DNA of 37,385 bases, from positions 1-37,385 of the forward strand of contig JASLXV010000035.1 of assembly GCA_030740155.1 (NCBI GenBank), in the 5' to 3' direction. Made by a program: the position numbers and the translations under genes. Of the stretch, positions 1 to 8,362 are shown one piece after another (the stretch's first letter is position 1; the number at the start of each line of letters is the position of its first letter). Source of the DNA: Dehalococcoidia bacterium (GTDB taxonomy: Bacteria; Chloroflexota; Dehalococcoidia; Lucifugimonadales; UBA3495). The notes under the pieces were generated by a model that made no database searches, was not told the origin of the DNA, and was given only the letters and a program-made list of their open reading frames with translations.

Positions 1-9
1 AAGATCGAC

Positions 10-57
10 TGAAGCAAGTATGAAGCAAGTACGAAGCAGCTATGAAACAAGTATGAA
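10..57. repeat. 11-bp tandem direct repeat (4 copies plus a partial), iteron-like
   Basis: TGAAGCAAGTA (10-20), TGAAGCAAGTA (21-31), CGAAGCAGCTA (32-42), TGAAACAAGTA (43-53), TGAA (54-57). Confidence 0.85.
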
Positions 58-925
58 CCTTGGATTACGGCCCAAGTCGGCATAACTTTGCGAAAATCAC
101 GGTGGTGGACCAGAATAGAGGGTAATGGGCTAACCGATCTCGGCCATGCAAAAGCTGCCTTTTGCGCGACCCTCTTGCCCGTCACGGGCAGGGGTAGGAC
201 GTCAGCGAAACCGGGACCCAGACAGCGGAGGAGGAGTCGTCGCCGCACTGATGAACAGGGTCCCCTCAACCTCGACACGGGCGATGCGGCATGTGGCGGC
301 CCACGTCCTGCCGTACGGGACCACACAGACGATCTCTCCAAAGCATGTCCTAAACTGCCGTAAACACCCGCGGGATCCTCGCCTACCCTCCAGTATGCCC
401 TATACTCCCTGGGCTTCTCTACGGGCCTCTGAGTTCCGTCCTGAGCACCCGCTGGCTGGCCTGGGACCTCTGGGTCCTGTTGCCCGGCCGGTGTACTTTC
501 TCGGCGACACAACGTCTGGCAACCGCCGATCGCCGGGTCCCATGGGCCTTCGTTAGCGTTCTCACGTGAGGCGTGCTATCAACTCCAGGTCGAAAACCGC
601 GTGACCATCATGTCGGGCCGGTATGCTGGAAACACCAGGGACATTAGTTCAGCGTGGCCCAGCTGAGCGTGGACTACCCGATGAGTGCGCCCAGGTGACA
701 CGTAGTGCTGGACGGCGCGGAAGTGGCCGACGTGCAGCGGGATCAGTTGATGTGACCTAGTGGCTGAGCGATGGTCGAGAACGGCCTTGTGGGGTACCTG
801 GGAACCTGACTCCCATGATGTTCGTCAGTGAAGACGGGTGCCCTGATTCTTCAGAGCAAACATCCCTCCGAACCAGTGCCCGGCGGTTTACGGCGTCGGG
901 CCCCAACCCCCCTGAATATTCCCTC

Positions 926-1024
926 CCCCCTATAACCCCCCTTATACAATGGAATATACATATAGGTAAACCGGGGTTTGAGTGGTTTACTTATATGCAT
1001 ATTCCATACGGGGGTTATAGGGGG
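926..1024. repeat. Long AT-rich imperfect inverted repeat (hairpin/cruciform)
   Basis: Perfect 15-bp outer arms CCCCCTATAACCCCC (926-940) / GGGGGTTATAGGGGG (1010-1024); 24-bp inner arms 949-972 / 984-1007 with 2 mismatches; 11-nt loop. Confidence 0.9.
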
Positions 1025-1330
1025 TGGAGAAGTTTAAGAAAAGTACAAAGAATGAAGGCCGCCCTGGGCCACCCCATCGGTGGATTACTTGATCCTGAGG
1101 GGAAGTACCGGCAACCCCTCAGTCCGCCCCTGGCGATAGGTCAGGCCCGTCGGCCATCGATGTCTCTCGGCTCAGAGAGCATCTCAGCCTACCGCCGTAC
1201 CAGCTCTCGCTCTAAGGTGAAGCGGAAAGGTATAATTGCGTAACGCTCGTCAGGGCGAACGGATGATCCCAACGGCTATCTCCGAGACCTGGCCTGGTAC
1301 TTCCTTTCGGTAATCGGCGTTACAAATAAT

Positions 1331-1356
1331 GTTTGTGGCGAGCTTGTCGAACCACC
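1331..1356. repeat. REP-like half element (TTCGACAAGCTC family)
   Basis: Inverted copy of 3653-3678 with 3 mismatches in 26 bp; lies just downstream of the 1380 stop codon. Confidence 0.7.
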
Positions 1357-1379
1357 CCGGCTGGTGATTGAGCAGGGTC

Positions 1380-2126
1380 CTATTCGCCGACGGGGCAGAC
1401 GCTCAGGCAGGTGGCGGAGCAACCGTAATTGGAACACTTGAAGACGTTCTTCCAATACCTGCCGTCGATGGCCTTGCTGGGGCAGCGCTTGACGCACTCC
1501 AGGCACGTCTTGCAGCCGGGATACAGCTTTTCGGCCATGGGCTCGCCGGCCGGCAGCTCCAGGTCGGTGATAACCGCCGTAACAGTGAAGCGTGGTCCGA
1601 ACTCAGGAGTAATGATAGCGCAGTTCATGCCGAGCTGGCCCATTCCGGCGGCGTACATGGCCGGCATGAAGTAAAAGGGGGCCGTCTTGAAGCGAGGCTC
1701 GGTCTTGACATGGGGGAAATAGAAGGTTTGATGGCCGTCCCGGCGCAGCTTGCGCGCCAGCTTGTAGGCGATCAAGGCCACCTCATGGGACAGCATCCCG
1801 TACTCAGGGCCCAGGTAGTACCGTTCGGCGCCGGCCGGGGGCCGCTGAGCGTCCGTGCCACTCAGAGCGGCATCGTCGGCGCCCTTCCGGTGGATCTCGG
1901 CGAGCCCTGGCTTGGCCACCGTGTCCATGATCTCGCGGCTGAAAGGCAAGCCCACGATGATCACCGACTTGGCCCCTTCCACAAACTTAGTGGGCGAAGG
2001 CTTGCGGGGGAACAGCCGCTGGTACAGCTCCGCCGAAGCGACTCCGTAGATCTCGGCTCCCAGGGTCCGCGCATATTCTTCGACTTCGGTGCCTACGTCC
2101 AGGCGGCGATCGATCGTATCTACCAC
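1380..2126 (-). CDS. Epoxyqueuosine-reductase (QueG)/reductive-dehalogenase-like Fe-S protein of unknown substrate
   Basis: GTG start with GAGGAGG RBS; AGMGQLGMN..IITPEFGPRF.VTAVITDLEL family motif; 8 C-terminal Cys (CKTCLECVKRCP and C..GCSATCLSVCP); no DYH or GCDxCQ motif of true QueG. Confidence 0.75.
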   Translation of the reverse strand: MVDTIDRRLDVGTEVEEYARTLGAEIYGVASAELYQRLFPRKPSPTKFVEGAKSVIIVGLPFSREIMDTVAKPGLAEIHRKGADDAALSGTDAQRPPAGAERYYLGPEYGMLSHEVALIAYKLARKLRRDGHQTFYFPHVKTEPRFKTAPFYFMPAMYAAGMGQLGMNCAIITPEFGPRFTVTAVITDLELPAGEPMAEKLYPGCKTCLECVKRCPSKAIDGRYWKNVFKCSNYGCSATCLSVCPVGE

Positions 2127-2210
2127 AATATTCCTCCTCGGGCTACCTCATCGCCATTATACTTGAGGATGTCAACGAGACGGTCTGTATTCAGACCGGG
2201 GCGCCCGCCC

Positions 2211-3113
2211 CTACTGTGCCCTGGCCCGTTCGGCAGCCGATTGCAGGGCGCGGCGGACCAGTACCGAGGCCACGTGGCCTCGGTACTCCGCCGAAGCGTG
2301 GATGTCCGTTGCCGGATCGATCTCCCCTTTCACCAGCTGGGCCGCCTCCGCCAGGGCGGCCTCCGTGGGCTCGGAGCCGGTGATGGCTTGCTCGACGGCA
2401 CGGGCCCGGACCGGCGTCCCGCCCACTCCTCCAAGCGCCACCCGCGCGCTCTGACAGTGGCCCCGCTTGTCGAGGGTAACGGTGGCCGCGACGGCGACCA
2501 GCGCGTAGTCCCCGTGTCTGCGGCTCACCTCCTGGAAGCTGGCGCCGGTGCGGGGGCCCAGGAAGGGGAAACGGACCTCGGCCAGTATCTCGTCCGGTTC
2601 CATTGCGGTGGTCAGAAAGGTAACGAAGAATTCCTCGGGCTTGAGGGAGCGCTCGCCACGGCTGCTGTGCACCACCATCTCGGCGTCGAGAGCAGCCGCC
2701 ACGACGGGCAGCTCGGCCGCCGGATCGGCGTGGGCGATACTGCCGCCAACGGTGCCCCGGTTGCGAATGGCCGGGTGGCCGATGTAGGACACGGCCTCGC
2801 TGAGCAGCGGGCACATTTCGCTTACGTCATCGGAGGCCAGCACCTGGCGTTGGCGAGTCCCGGCGCCGATGGCGATATACCCGACGTCCCGGCGCCCGTC
2901 GTCCCGGCGCCCGTCGTCCCGGCGTATGTAAGACAGTTGGCTGAGCCCGTTGATGTCCACCAGCGCGGCGGGCTTCACCAGCCGGAAGCTGAGCAGCGGC
3001 ACCAGGCTCTGTCCGCCGGCCAGGACCCTGGCGTCGCCCGCCCGTTGCCGGAGCAGGTCGAGGGCCTCGGCCAGCGACTCGGGGGCGAAGTATTCGAACG
3101 GTGCGGGCTTCAT
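2211..3113 (-). CDS. FAD-binding medium subunit, xanthine dehydrogenase/CoxM family
   Basis: MKPAPFEY start, LAGGQSL, IRNRGTVGGSIAHADPAAELP, SAEYR; ATGA overlap with the upstream small-subunit gene. Confidence 0.95.
   Translation of the reverse strand: MKPAPFEYFAPESLAEALDLLRQRAGDARVLAGGQSLVPLLSFRLVKPAALVDINGLSQLSYIRRDDGRRDDGRRDVGYIAIGAGTRQRQVLASDDVSEMCPLLSEAVSYIGHPAIRNRGTVGGSIAHADPAAELPVVAAALDAEMVVHSSRGERSLKPEEFFVTFLTTAMEPDEILAEVRFPFLGPRTGASFQEVSRRHGDYALVAVAATVTLDKRGHCQSARVALGGVGGTPVRARAVEQAITGSEPTEAALAEAAQLVKGEIDPATDIHASAEYRGHVASVLVRRALQSAAERARAQ
2885..2924. repeat. In-frame 15-bp tandem repeat (2.7 copies) inside the medium-subunit gene
   Basis: CGTCCCGGCGCCCGT x2 plus CGTCCCGGCG; encodes RRDDG-RRDDG-RRDVG. 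Confidence 0.9.
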
Positions 3114-3622
3114 CTAATGTCACCCTTAACGTCACCCTGAATCTGGCCTGCCGCGGCCTTGATCGCCTCGACGATCTGCATGTAGCCGGTGCAGCGGCAC
3201 AGGTTCCCGGCGATGGCCTGCCGGACTTCCAGATCGGTGGGCCGCGGGTTGTCCCGGAGCAGGTAAGCCCCCGCCATGATCATGCCGGGGGTGCAGTAGC
3301 CGCACTGAAGGCCGTGATGCTCCGCGAAGGATTCTTGCAGGGGGTGCATGTCGCGCACCGTGCCCATGCCCTCGATGGTGGTCACCTCGTGGCCGTCGGC
3401 CTGGACCGCCAGGACGGTGCAGGAGCGCACCAACTCTCCGTCGAGGAAGACGTTGCAGCAGCCGCAGACGCCGTGCTCGCAACCGGCGTGGGAGCCGGTC
3501 AGCATCAGGTCTTCCCGCACGAAGTCCAGCAGGGTCTTGCGGACCGGCACGGTGGCGGTGTGGGCAACTCCGTTCACCTTCAGAGTGATGTTGCGCGATG
3601 TTTCCGGAATCGGGCCTGCCAT
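3110..3622 (-). CDS. [2Fe-2S] small subunit, xanthine dehydrogenase/CoxS family
   Basis: GCEHGVCGCC..SC and QCGYCTPG..GNLCRCTGY motifs; GAGAGGA RBS. Confidence 0.95.
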   Translation of the reverse strand: MAGPIPETSRNITLKVNGVAHTATVPVRKTLLDFVREDLMLTGSHAGCEHGVCGCCNVFLDGELVRSCTVLAVQADGHEVTTIEGMGTVRDMHPLQESFAEHHGLQCGYCTPGMIMAGAYLLRDNPRPTDLEVRQAIAGNLCRCTGYMQIVEAIKAAAGQIQGDVKGDIR

Positions 3623-3635
3623 ATTAATCCTCTCT

Positions 3636-3762
3636 TAGGAACTATCTCCAAAGGTGGTTCGACAAGCTCACTACGAACGGGGCAGGAGCGCCCCATCCGT
3701 TCGTCCTGAGCCTGTCGAAGGACCGCCGGAGTCGGCACTCAAGGTTTTGGGATAGTTAATTA
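3636..3762. mobile_element. Degenerate MITE-like element carrying a REP doublet
   Basis: Imperfect terminal IRs TAGGAACTATCTCCAAA / TTTTGGGATAGTTAATTA enclosing inverted REP pair TTCGACAAGCTCACTACGAACGG..CCGTTCGTCCTGAGCCTGTCGAA. Confidence 0.6.
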
Positions 3763-3837
3763 CTGACCCTCGAATCGACAGCTAGATTTGCTCGGTGGTT
3801 TGAATGGTGGGCGAAATCCCCTTTGAATCCGACTAAA

Positions 3838-3858
3838 TCCCCCTTTACCAAAGGGGGA
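3838..3858. repeat. REP-like hairpin (CCCCCTTT..AAAGGGGG family)
   Basis: TCCCCCTTT-ACC-AAAGGGGGA perfect 9-bp stem between the large- and small-subunit genes. Confidence 0.6.
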
Positions 3859-3921
3859 CTTGAGGAGACTTCTTCCTGGGATGGATCAACAAAGAATCAT
3901 TCGGATGCCGGTGGGTGTCAT

Positions 3922-6327
3922 CTAACCTTTGGCCGCCTCCACCAGTTCCCGGAGGTTCGTTGGGGTAATGGGGATGTCCTGCAGGAACAGCCCGTACTCT
4001 GATAGGGCGTCCTCCACGGCGCTGATCACCGCGGCCGGGGCCGTCATGTATCCCCCTTCACCGGCCCCTTTGGCCCCCAGGGGATGACCCGGCGCGGGGG
4101 TGCAATGGTCAGTGGCGGTGATGTGGGGCACCTCCATGGCCGACGACAGGAGGTGGTCCATGAAGGTCTGGCTCAGCAACTGGCCGTCGTCGCCGTAGCA
4201 ATATTGAGACAGGAGCGCGGCGTCGATGCCACGCATGGTGCCGCCGTACACCAATCCCTCGACGATGATGGGGTTGATCTGGACCCCGCAATCGTGGGTC
4301 AGGTAGTACTGGGTGAGCTTGATCTCGAAGGTCTCCGGGTCCACCTCCACGACGGGCACGTGGGCGGCGAAGGCGAATGAAATGAAGCCCCGGGTTTTGA
4401 AGGGGCCGTCGGGGGGTATGTCCTCCCTCTCGCCGCTCTTGGGGTTGCGGTACACGTAGGTCTCCACCAGGGCCGGCTCGAAGTTGGACGGGCGCAGGTC
4501 GGCGCGGCGGTAGGCGATGCGGGAGACCTCCTCGAAGGTGATGCGCAGGTTGGGGAGGAGCTTGGCCACGAACTCGCCGTCGCGAAGCTCGAGCAGGCTC
4601 GACTCCACGCCCAATGCCTGGGAGGCGATGGCGACCATCTTACTCTTGATCTTGGCCGAGGCCCCCAAGACGGCTGCGACCATCATCAGGTGCATCCGGC
4701 TGGCCGTGGTGGCCACCGAGGGAACGCCGCCGGTGGAGTCGGCGCGGACCACCGTCACCTGGCCGGGCTGCACCTGCAGGGTCTCGCACACCAGCTGGGT
4801 CACCGTGGTTTCGTGGCCCTGGCCGGCGGACTGGAACCCGATGGTGGCGGTAACGTTGCCGTTGACGTCGACCTGGAGGCGGACCCCCTCGCCGGCGTCG
4901 CCACCGCCGATCATCTGCGGGTTGTTGAAGAAGTTGTAGACGCTGCCGCCGCCGGCGCTGGGCTCGATGCAGGTGGCGATGCCCACGCCCAGGAGTTTGC
5001 CGCGACGCCGGGCCTCGGCCTTCAGCTCGGCCGTCTTCTGGTAACTTACCAGGTCCAGGGCCTGGCGCAGGACCGTGGGGTAACTCCCGCTGTCGTAGGT
5101 GGCGCCGGTGGGAATCTCGTAGGGGAACTGATCGGGCTGGATCAAGTTGCGGAAGCGGACCTCGGCCCGGTCGAGGTTCAGGCCCCGGGCCACCAGGTCG
5201 ACGCACCGCTCGATTACGAAGTTGGTGGGCGCCTGACCGAACCCGTTGTAGGGGGCCTGGTTGGTCTTGCAGGTGAGCACCGAGACCGGGCTGTAGCGCA
5301 CGGCCGGGATGGTGTAGGGGCCGACCAGGGCCGTGAGGGGCTTGCTGATCTGCATGGCGCCCCGCCCGGCGTAGGCCCCCGCGTCGTCGATGACCGCGAG
5401 GTCCAGGGCCAGGATCTTGCCCTGGTCATCGGCGGCGACCTTCACCTTCCAGATGCGGTCGGGGCCGTGGGCGTCGCCGGCGGCCATGTTCTCCAGCCGG
5501 TCCTCGATGAACTTCACCGGCTTGCCCACAATTCTGCTGGCGGCGGCGGTGAGAAACATCTGCTTGCGGCCCCGCTTGTTGCCGTAGCTGCCGCCGATGT
5601 CCACGTCCATGTGGACCCGCACCTTGTTGGAGGGAACGCGCATGGTGCGCGCCACCTGTTCGTTGACCTGGGGATTCTGCTGGGACGCCCAGATATCCAC
5701 CATCCCGCTGATCTCGTCCCAGGAAGCGACGCAGCCGAAGGTCTCCAGGGGCACCCCGGAGTGGCGGTTCCAGCGGTAGCGGCCCTCGTACACGTGGGCT
5801 GCATCCCGGAAAGCGCCGTCGACGTCGCCAAAATCCATCGAGGTCTGGAAGGCGATGTTGGAGCCGTGGGCCTCGTGGAGCACCGGGGCGCCGGGCAGCA
5901 TCGCCTCCTCGGGGTCCACCAGAGGAGGCAGCGGCTCGTATTCAACCTCTACCAGTTCGGCGGCGTCCTCCGCCAGGTAGCGGTTGGTGGCGACCACGGC
6001 GGCGACCCATTCCCCGGCGTAGCGGGCCTTCCCGAGGGCCAGGGGGTACCAGACGACGTTGGGCAGGAACATGTTCTGGGGGATGCTCTCCATCCACTCG
6101 GGCAGGTCGTCGCCCACGATGACCTTCACCACGCCGGGGGCGGCCTCGGCGGCGCGGGAGTCGATGCGCTTGATGACCGCGTGGGCGTGGGGCGAGGGCA
6201 CCGTGGCCAAATGCAGCATCCCCGGCAGCACGATGTCGTTAACGTAGCGGCCCTTACCGAGGACGAAACGCTTGTCCTCGATAGGAGGGAAGTGGCGGCC
6301 GATCCATGACTGCTGGGTAGTGGCCAT
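3922..6327 (-). CDS. Molybdopterin-binding large subunit, xanthine dehydrogenase/CoxL-like family (~801 aa)
   Basis: ATG at 6327 with GAGGTGA RBS (upstream ORF extension is spurious); EDKRFVLGKGRY, GGSYGNK, GQGHET, GAKGAGE; active-site loop APYNGFG is neither form I AYxCSFR nor form II AYxGAGR. Confidence 0.93.
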   Translation of the reverse strand: MATTQQSWIGRHFPPIEDKRFVLGKGRYVNDIVLPGMLHLATVPSPHAHAVIKRIDSRAAEAAPGVVKVIVGDDLPEWMESIPQNMFLPNVVWYPLALGKARYAGEWVAAVVATNRYLAEDAAELVEVEYEPLPPLVDPEEAMLPGAPVLHEAHGSNIAFQTSMDFGDVDGAFRDAAHVYEGRYRWNRHSGVPLETFGCVASWDEISGMVDIWASQQNPQVNEQVARTMRVPSNKVRVHMDVDIGGSYGNKRGRKQMFLTAAASRIVGKPVKFIEDRLENMAAGDAHGPDRIWKVKVAADDQGKILALDLAVIDDAGAYAGRGAMQISKPLTALVGPYTIPAVRYSPVSVLTCKTNQAPYNGFGQAPTNFVIERCVDLVARGLNLDRAEVRFRNLIQPDQFPYEIPTGATYDSGSYPTVLRQALDLVSYQKTAELKAEARRRGKLLGVGIATCIEPSAGGGSVYNFFNNPQMIGGGDAGEGVRLQVDVNGNVTATIGFQSAGQGHETTVTQLVCETLQVQPGQVTVVRADSTGGVPSVATTASRMHLMMVAAVLGASAKIKSKMVAIASQALGVESSLLELRDGEFVAKLLPNLRITFEEVSRIAYRRADLRPSNFEPALVETYVYRNPKSGEREDIPPDGPFKTRGFISFAFAAHVPVVEVDPETFEIKLTQYYLTHDCGVQINPIIVEGLVYGGTMRGIDAALLSQYCYGDDGQLLSQTFMDHLLSSAMEVPHITATDHCTPAPGHPLGAKGAGEGGYMTAPAAVISAVEDALSEYGLFLQDIPITPTNLRELVEAAKG

Positions 6328-6385
6328 GGGGTCACCTCGTGGGGCGGTTGGGTGCGGGGGGGTCGGGGGTGCTGGGGTCATGGCC

Positions 6386-6414
6386 AATTTAAGGGCTGGG
6401 GCGGGGGGTGTCAA
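6386..6414 (-). promoter_or_regulatory. Sigma70-type promoter of the Mo-hydroxylase cluster
   Basis: TTGACA (6414-6409) - 17 bp - TAAATT (6391-6386), about 60 bp upstream of the ATG. Confidence 0.7.
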
Positions 6415-6448
6415 GGTGGGGGGGTGTGGGGAGGGGGCTCTCCTGAGC

Positions 6449-6519
6449 GGAGGTTCTGTAAGAGGGGCTTCCGGGGAGCCCTTTCTTGCAAGAACGGATG
6501 CCCTGGTACCGGAACCTCC
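6449..6519. repeat. Nested palindromic (REP/terminator-like) element
   Basis: GGAGGTTC..GAACCTCC outer IR enclosing GTTCTGTAAGAGGGGCTTCCGGGGAGCCCTTTCTTGCAAGAAC hairpin. Confidence 0.5.
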
Positions 6520-6620
6520 CTGCCTGAATTCCGGATGGCGCTGGGCTGGGGAGAAACGGAGCCGCACGGCGTGAGCACAGCCGTTGTTAACGGGGTGCTG
6601 GCCTTATGGAGTACACTGAA

Positions 6621-7322
6621 CTAACGGACCAGTTCCTCCATCTTGATCAAGCCTTGCTCCAACAGTTCAATTGAATACCTAGCACAGAAGCCTTTGAGTA
6701 GTTTCGGCTCTGACTTTAGTGTGATCTCGATTAGGACCTTCTTCTCGTCCTCATACAGGTCAAAGTGGTCCACATATTGGTGGTCTTCTCCAGAGTCCGG
6801 CTCAATCTCTTGTCGAGCGGTATGGCACCGAATGACTTGGCAATACTTAGCCCCCGTTCCGGGAATTCCAAGGGTCGCTCCAATAGAAGCGATGTCTAAG
6901 ATGGCGCTATCTCCACTATATATTCGCTGTGTCCTTAAATAGGTACTTCGCCATTTGACCCACCAAGGTGATACGTGGCTTGTCTCTGGCTCAACAACCC
7001 TGGCATCGGCTCTAAACTCAGCCGCGCCTCCCTCATTGACCACTTTGAGTCTTTGATACGCGCCTTCCGGAAACAGGGTCACAACTATGGACGGCCCAGC
7101 AACTTCAAGGCTCCGCAACCGTACTAGGAGGCGACATACAACGGCCCAAAATGATACCCCGAGCACGTAGAAAACCCACTCCCCGAGCGAAAGTCCAAGC
7201 CAATCATGCTCGCGTAGATACTCGATATTAAGGGCAGAGCCAATTGCCCCAACAGCACTCAGGGCCGCCATCATTAGTAGCCCACCGACGAGAAACAGGT
7301 CCTTGATGAGCCACTTCCACAT
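6621..7322 (-). CDS. Hypothetical membrane protein (2 N-terminal TM helices plus beta-rich soluble domain)
   Basis: 233-aa ORF with two hydrophobic segments in the first 70 aa; visibly lower GC than flanks; TGGTAGAAT extended -10 just upstream of the ATG. Confidence 0.75.
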   Translation of the reverse strand: MWKWLIKDLFLVGGLLMMAALSAVGAIGSALNIEYLREHDWLGLSLGEWVFYVLGVSFWAVVCRLLVRLRSLEVAGPSIVVTLFPEGAYQRLKVVNEGGAAEFRADARVVEPETSHVSPWWVKWRSTYLRTQRIYSGDSAILDIASIGATLGIPGTGAKYCQVIRCHTARQEIEPDSGEDHQYVDHFDLYEDEKKVLIEITLKSEPKLLKGFCARYSIELLEQGLIKMEELVR

Positions 7323-7350
7323 TCCCCTATTCTACCAGCGGAGGAAGAGA

Positions 7351-8343
7351 ATGGCAGTAATCTGGCGGACCAGAGCGGCCATCCAGGCACACGCCACCTT
7401 TGGTGGAGCTGAGTTTTTCGTCGGTGGAGCGCGCATCACTGCACGACCAGAGCGTCGCGGTGATGACTGGCCTGCAATATGTCACATTGTGGACGTGCTG
7501 CTCGAGCCGAGTGCAGATTGCCGCGATACACACGTGCGGGGCCTTGATGCGCTAGGTCTCTTCATGGACCGAGTGGCAGTACTGACATACGCACCGTGCG
7601 CCCTCTTGAATGTGATCTCCACTTGCCCGGTTCGGGTTGACGTGGGCGTGGAATTTGAAATGGTGACGCAAGATCTATGGAGAGAGCTTAGCTCACCCGC
7701 TTTGGAACAATGGGAACTCGAAGCCTTTGAGTGCGTATCAGAAGACTCGCCAGTGCACGAAGCCGCACATCATGTGCGACGCGCGCTGTCAAACAGTTCT
7801 TCAGATCAGCACTTGCTCCACCTCCACATCGCAGCTAAGAGAATTGCGCTCGGAGAGACCGAGGAGAGGGTGCACAACAAGTGTCCTTCGTGTAATCACG
7901 AGTGGGACGGCCCACCGGCGTCTAGAAGGGCCATGCGAAGACTGCTCGCCGGGCGAGGAATCACGTCGCGTGATGCCAACGATGCCATTGCTTATCGCGG
8001 AAAAATCGCACACGGTGGGGGCCGCCGAGACTTTGCCTTTTGGGATCGGACGACTGAGTTGGCGGGCTCGATCGAGGGCGCAGTGATGTCGATCGTTGCA
8101 GAGCGCGCCGGCGTGCGAGTTCGTCGCAAGCACGGGGTTGTCGTGGGACCCCCGATCACACGGCACGCTGCGGTGAAGGAAGCAGACGGAACCTTTGCCT
8201 TGGTGCGCACAACATGGGTCGCTCCAATCCGCTTTCCAAGCCTGGGGGACGATGTGAGCAACGACGAGGGCAGAGAACTGGCCGGATTCCCTACTGACGC
8301 CACCGGAAAGCCGCGAATAGACCCAGCTGCATGGCCCGACTGA
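7351..8343 (+). CDS. HEPN-motif protein (MauJ/ApeA-like) with inserted CxxC zinc knuckle, putative RNase
   Basis: ATG 7351 with GGAGGA RBS; CPSCNHEW knuckle followed by YRGKIAHG (R-x4-H HEPN signature). Confidence 0.65.
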   Translation: MAVIWRTRAAIQAHATFGGAEFFVGGARITARPERRGDDWPAICHIVDVLLEPSADCRDTHVRGLDALGLFMDRVAVLTYAPCALLNVISTCPVRVDVGVEFEMVTQDLWRELSSPALEQWELEAFECVSEDSPVHEAAHHVRRALSNSSSDQHLLHLHIAAKRIALGETEERVHNKCPSCNHEWDGPPASRRAMRRLLAGRGITSRDANDAIAYRGKIAHGGGRRDFAFWDRTTELAGSIEGAVMSIVAERAGVRVRRKHGVVVGPPITRHAAVKEADGTFALVRTTWVAPIRFPSLGDDVSNDEGRELAGFPTDATGKPRIDPAAWPD

Positions 8344-8362
8344 GTACGCCGAAGACCATGGT

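Noticed and set aside
206..254. Hammerhead ribozyme (CGAAAC and CTGATGA words)
   Set aside because: Stems I-III cannot be formed around the core words in any permutation I could build.
685..1260. Group II intron start (GTGCGCCCAG)
   Set aside because: No domain V/VI sequence and no reverse-transcriptase ORF downstream.
1380..2126. True queG or respiratory rdhA
   Set aside because: Lacks QueG DYH and GCDxCQ motifs, has no Tat signal or rdhB partner, and is only 248 aa.
2156..2175. Perfect TTGACA and TATAAT on the - strand as one promoter
   Set aside because: Only 8 bp apart, not 16-18; at most the -10 element is functional.
1368..6309. Long + strand ORFs (1368-3140, 4690-6309) and similar ones elsewhere (14933-16249, 19148-20236, 25946-27259)
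   Set aside because: Antisense shadows of well-supported high-GC genes, with no family motifs.
3922..6327. Aerobic CO dehydrogenase (coxL)
   Set aside because: No AYxCSFR copper-ligand motif, gene order is L-S-M, and no coxDEFG accessory genes are present.
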